From: Acidobacteriota bacterium | GTDB lineage: Bacteria; Acidobacteriota; CAIWXX01 | Length of the DNA: 64,000 nucleotides | Assembly (NCBI GenBank): GCA_040755995.1 | Contig: JBFMAF010000037.1 | Span: 160,001 to 224,000, forward strand | Reading direction: 5' to 3' | Part shown: positions 1 through 7,585 of the stretch, in pieces | Position numbering within the stretch: position 1 is the stretch's first letter | How the letters are laid out: each line of letters opens with the position of its first letter | Notes under the pieces: generated by a model | What the model was told of the DNA's origin: nothing | Seen by the model: only the letters and a program-made list of their open reading frames with translations | Database searches by the model: none | Made by a program: the position numbers and the translations under genes

Positions 1-1172
1 TCGAATGCACGATCATCATCCCCAGCTGCATGCGATAGCTCGTACCGGGTCATCAGCGCATCGATGGCACCGAGGTAGGTGGCCTGCTGGTTGCTGATCA
101 GGCCACTCCGTCGCTCCTCATCGTTCAGATCCCTGCGCACGCCCTCGACAGTTGCTATCGCACGATCATACCAGGCAACAGCCGCGTCTAGATTTCCTGA
201 TCGAAGGTGCGCACGGGCGACACATCCGTATCCGTTCCACGCCAACTGCCCTGCATGAGATTCGAAGATGCGTATGGCCTCCTGCAAGTCCCGCCTCGCC
301 CCTTCCGGATCCTGTTCAGAGCGGAGGCCGGCCAGTGCGACGAGGTCGGTCGCCGCAGCGGGGAGGCGATGCCAGCGAAAGTTCAGATCGAGTGACTGCC
401 TGATCGCGTCGATGGCTCCCTCGATATCTCCTTGCTGCTCCCGCGCGACACTCAGCCCACTGAGGGTCCACGCGCGGTTGATCTGGTCGTCATCGGTCAG
501 ATCGAGCGCCCTGACGAAGCAATCTTCAGCCTGTTGAGCGTTTCCGGCGTCCAGGTAGAGCAATCCCATCCGGATCAGAGTACCCTGGATGCCGAGGGCC
601 GATGCGAGGTCCATCCAGATCTGCAGGGACTGCCGGTAGAGAGCGAGGGCCTCCTGGGGATCCCCAAGTGTTTCGTATGCCATGCCCAGATTCTCGATTG
701 TCGACGCGCTCTCATCGGAGGCACCCAGGTCACGGAAGATCACTTCAGCCTTTTGAAGACACAAGATGGCGTCCTCGAATTGACCCGTGTACTTCCGAGC
801 AATGCCGCTATCCTTGAGGGCCAGTGCCTCTCCGTAGAGGTCTCCAGCCTCCCTCATGAGCCGGCGTGCGTGGTCGAACGCGTCTCGCGCATCGGGAAAT
901 AGAAACAGTCCGAAGAGCGCATTGCCCCGTTGCTCCTCGGCCCACGCGGCAGCCCGCCGATCCAACCCCGCCTCGGCCTCGACCAACCATCTCGTCGCAG
1001 CCGCCAGCGCTCTCTCGTGATCACCCCGGCGGACCAGATCGCCGATCTGCTGTGCCCGCTCCGGGACCTCGTACGCGCTTAACACAGGGGCGAGCCATAC
1101 GATCGCCGTGAGACCCCAGGCCGCCGCGCGCAGGAGAGACGGCACCCGTTGCGCAAACCGATTATCACTCAC
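1..1172 (-). CDS. TPR-repeat protein with N-terminal signal-like segment, probably a TPR-CHAT (caspase-like) protein; runs off the window
   Basis: Absent from the ORF track because it has no stop in the window. Manual translation from GTG 1172 (GTGA overlap with the anti-sigma stop) is open to base 1: MSDNRFAQRVPSLLRAAAWGLTAIVWLAPVLSA..., TPR motifs (NLGMAYETLGDPQEALALYRQSL), ending AIATVEGVRRDLNDEERRSGL...DRAF, which is typical of the region preceding CHAT domains. The CHAT domain itself is not visible. Confidence 0.8.
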   Translation of the reverse strand, partial: MSDNRFAQRVPSLLRAAAWGLTAIVWLAPVLSAYEVPERAQQIGDLVRRGDHERALAAATRWLVEAEAGLDRRAAAWAEEQRGNALFGLFLFPDARDAFDHARRLMREAGDLYGEALALKDSGIARKYTGQFEDAILCLQKAEVIFRDLGASDESASTIENLGMAYETLGDPQEALALYRQSLQIWMDLASALGIQGTLIRMGLLYLDAGNAQQAEDCFVRALDLTDDDQINRAWTLSGLSVAREQQGDIEGAIDAIRQSLDLNFRWHRLPAAATDLVALAGLRSEQDPEGARRDLQEAIRIFESHAGQLAWNGYGCVARAHLRSGNLDAAVAWYDRAIATVEGVRRDLNDEERRSGLISNQQATYLGAIDALMTRYELSHAAGDDDRAF

Positions 1173-1882
1173 CGGTTCGCCTTGTCCGACTTCTCGACTG
1201 TGAACTCGAAAAGAGGCGAGTCGAGGCGATCGATTCCGATCTGGGCCGTCACACGCCAGTACCACCTCCCATCGCCGGCCAGGACCGAACGGACGCTGGA
1301 CGGAATCGGAATTCCATTGGCTTCGACGGCCGGACTCGACCAGATCGACTTGGATTCGAAATCATACACGGTGACCCTGTAGGTCTCCGCGCCGGTCACA
1401 GTAGTCCATTCAAGACGCTCAGGGGCGGTCCTGAGGCGCGCGGAATTCATCGGGTTCACCGCGACGAAGCGGCTGGGCGTGCCGCGCACGGAGGAATCCG
1501 GACGGTCTGGAAGCCGGCCGAGCTGCCACAGGGTCAGTGCGAAGAAGCCCGTCGCCGCAAGCGTGGCAGCAGATGCCACCAGCCGCCAGCGTGGGAGTGG
1601 GATGCGAAGACCCGACAGGGAGAACCGGCGCCTGAGTGCCTGCTGCGACGTCGGATGGACGGCCTCCGGCTGCGTCTGGAGCGTCTTGAGAGCCTGGAGT
1701 TCGGAGGAGCATTCAGAACAATCGATGAGGTGGGCAACCAGCATCGACCTCCACTCCGGATCGACCTCCCCCGAGAGGAATCGAATGAGTTCGTGCGGCT
1801 GGATGCAGTCCTGACGCCGCTGCTGGCATCTCGACGTGGAGTCGGCGTACAACGCTTTGAGCCCGCGGTCATCCAATTTCAT
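1169..1882 (-). CDS. Zinc-finger (zf-HC2) membrane anti-sigma factor
   Basis: HLIDCSEC (HxxxCxxC) motif, one TM helix (LVASAATLAATGFFALTLW), C-terminal beta-rich extracytoplasmic domain; overlaps the end of the ECF sigma gene. Confidence 0.85.
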   Translation of the reverse strand: MKLDDRGLKALYADSTSRCQQRRQDCIQPHELIRFLSGEVDPEWRSMLVAHLIDCSECSSELQALKTLQTQPEAVHPTSQQALRRRFSLSGLRIPLPRWRLVASAATLAATGFFALTLWQLGRLPDRPDSSVRGTPSRFVAVNPMNSARLRTAPERLEWTTVTGAETYRVTVYDFESKSIWSSPAVEANGIPIPSSVRSVLAGDGRWYWRVTAQIGIDRLDSPLFEFTVEKSDKANR

Positions 1883-2438
1883 AGTCGATGCCCTCCTCCC
1901 GGAGAAACGCGCGCATGTCCTTGAGCCCCCGATAGGTCAGGTTGCGTGTCTTGGGTTCGCTCCATTTCAGCATGTCAGCGACATCGAGGACCGAGAATCC
2001 CTGGAGGTACAATCCCACCACCAGCCGGCGCTCATCCGACAGTCGGGTGAGAGAACGGCGGATCTTCTGTTCCACTTCCCGCCCCTGTGCTATCCGATCG
2101 GGCGATGCGACAGGATCGGCCGGCAGAAGCGCGTGCGCGGGCGGAGCGTCCTCGCGGCCCTCCCCGTCTGTCTCGAGCTGCTCCTCCCGTCTCGCCTTCA
2201 CGCGGCGAATGGCGTCGATCGTGGTCGTCATCGTGACCCTCCATATATAAGACGGATAGTTCGTGATTTCTCTCCCACTGCTCATCGCCTGCCAGATCTT
2301 CAACAGGGCTTCCTGCTCAATGTCATCCGAGCTCAGCCCCATGCCGGAGGGGCAGGCGCGGAGGACTGCCCTGTGCAACAGGGGACCGAACTCGCGGACG
2401 AACTCATCGAATGCCTGATACGTCCGCTGATCAGTCAT
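1869..2438 (-). CDS. ECF RNA polymerase sigma factor
   Basis: Region 2 DDIEQEALLKIW...SYIWRVTMTTTIDAIRR; region 4 LYLQGFSVLDVADMLKWSEPKTRNLTYRG. Start set at ATG 2438 (MTDQRTY). Confidence 0.9.
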   Translation of the reverse strand: MTDQRTYQAFDEFVREFGPLLHRAVLRACPSGMGLSSDDIEQEALLKIWQAMSSGREITNYPSYIWRVTMTTTIDAIRRVKARREEQLETDGEGREDAPPAHALLPADPVASPDRIAQGREVEQKIRRSLTRLSDERRLVVGLYLQGFSVLDVADMLKWSEPKTRNLTYRGLKDMRAFLREEGIDYEIG

Positions 2439-2586
2439 CTGCTGCCCCGCTTCGGACCAGGATAGCACAGTTGGAAGCGCGGGGCCGGCGAGATCGCGGT
2501 TTGGCGCACGAGTGAGAGGGGAGGATCTGTTGAACCGTCCCTTGAGTAGGAAGCATTCCGACGGCGTCGCGAGTGCGAAGGAGGTC

Positions 2587-4461
2587 ATGATGAAGAACGA
2601 GAGGCGGGACAAGGAGCGTGGCATGGCTCTGCTCATGTTGACGTTGGCGGTCGCGATGCTGGCTACGACTGCGCGCAGCGAAGAGCAAGAGACGAGCTCG
2701 GGGGGCATCAGCGACCCGCATCTCGTCCTCGTCCCGCCCGCCCGGCCATTGCCCCCTGCCGGCAGCGCTTTCGTGGAGCCGGTTTTCGGCACAACTCTGC
2801 GGCGGGTTTCCAACCTCAGCGACAGCGGCGGATTCGAGACGCAGATCTATTCGCAGCTTCAGGCGTTCAGCAGCGACGGCGCGTATCTTCTCACAACGGG
2901 ATCGCAAGGCTATCAGGTGCGACGGATGAGCGATCTGGCGGTGGTGAGCGGCCTGGATCTCCAGGACATCAATGTGCCCCGCTGGCACCCGGCTCGTCCG
3001 CACGTGCTCATCCACTTCGACACCAACGGCGACGATGACCTCAGCCTCCAGTTCACCGACGTCGACGCGAAAACGACCAGGGACGTCGCAGTTCTCCCGG
3101 GCTATGCGGGTATCTTCGGAAATCAGTCTTTTGACGAGGTGTCGCGAGACGGCCGTTGGGTAGCGGGGCTGGCTCGTCGGAGCTCCGACAGCGAGCCGGT
3201 CATTTTCGCCTATGACATGATCGGCCTGAGCTTCGGAGCACAGATGCCCCTGGCCGATCTCTACGACGGCAATCCCTGCCAGCCGGATCCACAGTGGGGG
3301 CAGGTCTGGCCGGACTGGATCGCGCCGTCCCCGCTCGGCACCTGTCTTGTCGTGCAATGGCCGGGCGACGGCACCGAAGGCTGTCGCGGCATGGAGACCT
3401 ATGATATTCGGTCGGGCGCGTTCATCGGTCGGCCATATTCAGGGCATCAGCACGGCGACCTGGGGATTTCACTCGACGGCCGCGAGTTCTTCTTGACGTA
3501 CGAGACCGACCATCCGGGCGGCACCCTGGCCATCGGCTGCCACTGGCTGCCCGGACCGCCGAGCGGCTCGGGCTCGCCCAACTACATCCTGACGATGGGC
3601 TGGCACGGAGCTCACATCTCGTGCCAGGGCCCGCCGGGTTCTTGCCTGATCACGAGCAGCGAGAACCCGTTCGAGTCGGCCTGGCAGCCGCTCGAGGCCG
3701 AGCTCTTTCTTCTGGACCTGAACGGCGGCGTCCTGCGCCTGGCGCACCATCGTTCGACCGAGTGTGGCTACTGGGTGCAGCCGCGCGGAACGATCTCGAT
3801 GGACGGACGCTACGTGGCCTTCGCGTCGGATTGGGGGCGGGGAGGCGGGTGCGGCGGCGGGGGTCTGGGTGAGGGAGATCCATATGTCATCGAGCTCGAT
3901 TCCACTCCGCCCTCCAATCGTCCCCCCATTGCCAAGGCCGGTGCGGACCGGTCCGTTCCGGTAGGATCGGCCGTCGTCCTGGACGGCACCGGCAGCTCCG
4001 ATCCGGATGGCGATGCCATCACCTTCTCGTGGAGGCAGACGTGGGGCACATCGGTGGCGCTATCCGGCGCCGCCACGGCGACGCCGTCCTTCACCGCGCC
4101 CGCCGCGGCAGAGACGCTCCGCTTCGAGTTGACCGTTCGCGATCAGACGCTCTCCGCGTCGGACCAGATCGAAGTCACGGTGTCCGGATCGGGAGGCGGC
4201 GCCGTCCCACGCATCACGCGCGTCACCAGCAGGGGCTGGCATCCGGGGAACGTGGCCGTGATCAGAGGGCAGAACTTCGGAAGTGGCAACAATGAGACAG
4301 TTGTCATGATCGGCGGGCACCGGGCCCCGCTGCTGAGCTCGACCAGCACCCGAATCAGGTGTCGTCTCCCGCGCCAGCTCGTGGGCAATACGCGGGTCGA
4401 CGTCTATGTGATCGTCGACGGAAGACGGAGCAACATTGTGTGGATACGGATCAGAGCGTAG
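2587..4461 (+). CDS. Secreted beta-propeller protein with PKD-like and C-terminal IPT/TIG domains
   Basis: AAGGAGG RBS, signal peptide, TolB-like repeats (FSSDG, VSRDGRW, ISMDGRYVAFAS), PKD-like NRPPIAKAGADRSV...DPDGDAITFSW, IPT-like PRITRV...IRGQNF...SN. Confidence 0.8.
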   Translation: MMKNERRDKERGMALLMLTLAVAMLATTARSEEQETSSGGISDPHLVLVPPARPLPPAGSAFVEPVFGTTLRRVSNLSDSGGFETQIYSQLQAFSSDGAYLLTTGSQGYQVRRMSDLAVVSGLDLQDINVPRWHPARPHVLIHFDTNGDDDLSLQFTDVDAKTTRDVAVLPGYAGIFGNQSFDEVSRDGRWVAGLARRSSDSEPVIFAYDMIGLSFGAQMPLADLYDGNPCQPDPQWGQVWPDWIAPSPLGTCLVVQWPGDGTEGCRGMETYDIRSGAFIGRPYSGHQHGDLGISLDGREFFLTYETDHPGGTLAIGCHWLPGPPSGSGSPNYILTMGWHGAHISCQGPPGSCLITSSENPFESAWQPLEAELFLLDLNGGVLRLAHHRSTECGYWVQPRGTISMDGRYVAFASDWGRGGGCGGGGLGEGDPYVIELDSTPPSNRPPIAKAGADRSVPVGSAVVLDGTGSSDPDGDAITFSWRQTWGTSVALSGAATATPSFTAPAAAETLRFELTVRDQTLSASDQIEVTVSGSGGGAVPRITRVTSRGWHPGNVAVIRGQNFGSGNNETVVMIGGHRAPLLSSTSTRIRCRLPRQLVGNTRVDVYVIVDGRRSNIVWIRIRA

Positions 4462-4598
4462 CATACTTTGCGCGATCAGAATCGGGGAAGGGCACGCAGC
4501 CTGAGTCTATTCACAGCGTCTTCTCCATCGCAGAACCACAATATCTGGTGGCTGCCCGCTCCAAGGCCGGGACAGCCACCCATTCGAGGAGGATCCGA

Positions 4599-6743
4599 AT
4601 GAACCATGAATCTCCTGCTATACATCACATCCGGCAACGCGCCGCCCCGGTCGCGGTCTGCGCGGCGCTCTCACTCTGTGTGCTGTCCCCCCGGGGCCTG
4701 ACCGGCGGGTCGGAGGATTCCGGTGCGCTGCAGCAATTCACGGCCGGCGCGCATGTGCTCGGGTTCGATCAGAGCGCGATTCACGTGGCATCTCGCGACC
4801 ACATGCTGAGGGTGCAGATGGTAGGGGCGCGGGAGGTGGGGCCAGTGGCGGAGAGCGCGGGCGCAACTGCGACGGCGAATGGCACCGCCCAGCCATTGGG
4901 ACACGTCTACTACACGGACGCGTGGGACGGGGTGACCGTGGTCCACGAGGCCACCGATCAATCCGTTGTGAAGACGGCTTATCGGGTTGCCGCAGGGGCG
5001 GGGAGGGAGGCGATCGAGCGCATTCGCCTTCGCTACAACCGCCCCGTGCGCGCGGACGATGCGGGCGGACTGGCGATCTCATACGAGAGCGGCGAGATGA
5101 TCGCCAGCGCTCCTGCTGCGTGGCAAGAGACCGAGACGGGCCGAACGACGGTCCAGGCTGAATACCGCATCGTGGGTGAGGGGGAAGCGGGGTTGGACGT
5201 AGGCGCATTTGATCCGAACCTTCCTCTTGTCATCGATGGTGAGCTGGTCTGGAACACCTTCCTCGGCGGCAGCGGCGATGACAGCGGATATGGCATCGCG
5301 GTTGACGGCAGCGGAAACGCATACGTGACCGGGTACAGCGCTGCATCATGGGGTTCGCCCCTCAGGGCGCACACTGCGGACTATGACGCCTTCGCGGCGA
5401 AGCTGGATGCCAACGGGTCGCTGGTCTGGAACACCTTCCTCGGCGGCAGCGGCAGTGACATCGGTTATGGCATCGCGGTTGACGGCAGTGGAAACGCGTA
5501 CGTGACAGGGTCCAGCGGGTACATCGGTGCATCATGGGGTTCGCCCGTCAGGGCGTACACCGCGCAGTATGACGGCTTCGCGGCGAAGTTGGACGCCAAT
5601 GGCTCGTTGGTCTGGAACACCTTCCTCGGCGGCAGCGGCGATGACGCCGGAAATGGCATCGCGGTTGACGGCAGTGGAAACGCGTACGTAACTGGGTACA
5701 GCAATGCATCATGGGGCTCGCCCGTCAGGACGTACAGCGCAGGCACTGACGCCTTCGCGGCGAAGCTGGATGGCAACGGGTCGCTGGTCTGGAGCAGCTT
5801 TCTCGGCGGCAGCGGCGCCGACTTTGGAAATGGCATCGCGGTTGGGGGCGGTGGATACGCGTACGTGACCGGGAGCAGCTCCACCGCCTGGGGCTCACCC
5901 GTCAGGGCGTACGCTGCGGACTATGACGGCTTCGCGGCAAAGTTGGATGCCAACGGGTCGGTGGTCTGGAACACGTTCCTCGGCGGCAGCGCCAGAGACA
6001 TGGGATATGGCATTGCGCTTGACAGCAGTGGAAACGCGTACCTGACCGGGTTTAGCCTTGCGACCTGGGGCGCGCCTGTCAGGGCGTACGCTGGGTGGTA
6101 TGACGGCTTCGCGACGAAGCTGGATGCGAACGGGTCGGTGGTCTGGAACACGTTCCTCGGCAGCACCAGCTCCGACGTCGGACGTGGCATTGCGCTTGAC
6201 GGCAGTGGAAACGCGTACGTGACCGGGTTCAGCCTTGCCACCTGGGGCACGCCTGCCAGAGCGTACACGGCAGGCTGGGACGGCTTCGCCGCGAAGCTCA
6301 ATGCGAGCGGATCATTGGTCTGGAACAGCTTCCTCGGCGGCAGCGGCCTTGACGACGCGGCCGGCATTGCGGTTGACGGCAATGGAAACCCGTACGTGGC
6401 GGGGTACAGCGAGGCTGGCTGGGGCTCACCGGTCAGGGCGTACACGGCAGACTGGGACGGCTTCGTCGCGAAGCTCGCGCAGAATTCCCCCGGTCCCACG
6501 ATCACGCGGATCAAGTCAAGGCGAGCCACTCGCGGGAGTGCGGCCACAATCATCGGCACCGGCTTCTCGACCACGAAGAGCGAGAACGTCGTCTACTTCG
6601 ACACGAAGAAGGCCCAGGTGAAGACTGCAACAACGACCAGGCTGAGGGTGACGATTCCGACCAACAGCAAGAAGGGCAAGGTCATGGTGTACGTGGCAGT
6701 CAAGGGGGTCAAGAGCAATGCCGTGCAGTTCACGGTGAAGTAG
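4599..6743 (+). CDS. Secreted SBBP-repeat beta-propeller protein with C-terminal IPT/TIG domain
   Basis: GAGGAGG RBS before ATG 4599; seven repeats LVWNTFLGGSG.D.G.GIAVDGSGNAYVTG; Lys-rich IPT tail. Confidence 0.85.
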   Translation: MNHESPAIHHIRQRAAPVAVCAALSLCVLSPRGLTGGSEDSGALQQFTAGAHVLGFDQSAIHVASRDHMLRVQMVGAREVGPVAESAGATATANGTAQPLGHVYYTDAWDGVTVVHEATDQSVVKTAYRVAAGAGREAIERIRLRYNRPVRADDAGGLAISYESGEMIASAPAAWQETETGRTTVQAEYRIVGEGEAGLDVGAFDPNLPLVIDGELVWNTFLGGSGDDSGYGIAVDGSGNAYVTGYSAASWGSPLRAHTADYDAFAAKLDANGSLVWNTFLGGSGSDIGYGIAVDGSGNAYVTGSSGYIGASWGSPVRAYTAQYDGFAAKLDANGSLVWNTFLGGSGDDAGNGIAVDGSGNAYVTGYSNASWGSPVRTYSAGTDAFAAKLDGNGSLVWSSFLGGSGADFGNGIAVGGGGYAYVTGSSSTAWGSPVRAYAADYDGFAAKLDANGSVVWNTFLGGSARDMGYGIALDSSGNAYLTGFSLATWGAPVRAYAGWYDGFATKLDANGSVVWNTFLGSTSSDVGRGIALDGSGNAYVTGFSLATWGTPARAYTAGWDGFAAKLNASGSLVWNSFLGGSGLDDAAGIAVDGNGNPYVAGYSEAGWGSPVRAYTADWDGFVAKLAQNSPGPTITRIKSRRATRGSAATIIGTGFSTTKSENVVYFDTKKAQVKTATTTRLRVTIPTNSKKGKVMVYVAVKGVKSNAVQFTVK
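5244..6480 (+). repeat. Seven intragenic tandem repeats (177 bp period, one unit of 186 bp) encoding SBBP repeats
   Basis: Units start at 5244, 5421, 5607, 5784, 5961, 6138 and 6315, each with (c/t/g)tggtctggaRcacc/agc...ggcagc. Confidence 0.9.
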
Positions 6744-6861
6744 GCCCGCCCATCCGCGCCGGACAATCGGCTGGTGATGGGCGGAGGGCCGGTCGGGTTG
6801 AGATTCGGCTCTGGGATCCTTCAGCCGACACGTCGTGCCTCGACAGACGAATCGAAGGCTC

Positions 6862-7341
6862 CTATCTCCACCCGCGCTCGAATGGTCTCCCCGTGGTGAA
6901 CAGGATGTACTCCTGACGCGCATCCGGCCCATGGCGGCGAGATTCGCTCAAGATGGAATCCTGCCATGATTCCCCGATCGGCTCATCAAGGGAGCTCAGG
7001 AAATGGTGTTCGGGGCCGGGTGCACCATATGTCTCCGCTGTCACGTAGACGTCGTAGCCATCGAGAAGCACGAACGCGCCGCCGCCAACCTGAGTCTGGG
7101 GAACCGTCTTCTCCTGGTTCGGCTCCTTCGACAGAGGCTCACGGTCTTCTGGCAACCTGTTCCCATCGATGCCGGTGTGCTCGGCGCCGGCTTCCTCTCG
7201 GGAATCCACCGCTTGGGGTTCACCCCGCAGTGCGTAGCCACATGCCGGCACACCCAGGGTCTCTTCCTCCTCGCTCATGAGGTTCGCTGAGCAGCTGAGA
7301 ATGATCAGAATCAGGGCGCCCGCAGTGCATGTCATTTGCAT
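6862..7341 (-). CDS. Hypothetical exported protein
   Basis: GAGGTGG RBS-like sequence before ATG 7341 and a hydrophobic N-terminus (GALILIILSCSA); no recognisable domain. Confidence 0.35.
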   Translation of the reverse strand: MQMTCTAGALILIILSCSANLMSEEEETLGVPACGYALRGEPQAVDSREEAGAEHTGIDGNRLPEDREPLSKEPNQEKTVPQTQVGGGAFVLLDGYDVYVTAETYGAPGPEHHFLSSLDEPIGESWQDSILSESRRHGPDARQEYILFTTGRPFERGWR

Positions 7342-7495
7342 TCCCCACCTCAAACACCACAGAAGCAATCAGGTAACCTTTCGATAAAACCCTCAGGACA
7401 GTCGAGACCACATCACTCATTATAATACAGCGGTGCTTTCGCTACGTGCCCGTTCTTGCTCAGTAGGGACATAAGAGCATAAACCGCACACAGCC

Positions 7496-7524
7496 TTGAC
7501 AACGTATGCTCTGCGATCTAGATT
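7496..7524 (+). promoter_or_regulatory. Sigma70-type promoter for the propeller sensor gene
   Basis: TTGACA (7496-7501), 17 bp spacer, TAGATT (7519-7524) in an AT-richer intergenic region. Confidence 0.55.
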
Positions 7525-7585
7525 TCGAAAGAGATGCACAAGGAGTAGACCAGACGGCAGGGGGTTGTGCTCTTCAGTCCGCGCA

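Noticed and set aside
5244..6480. Regular repeats as a CRISPR array
   Set aside because: Units are 177-186 bp, in frame and protein-coding, with no unique spacers; no cas genes.
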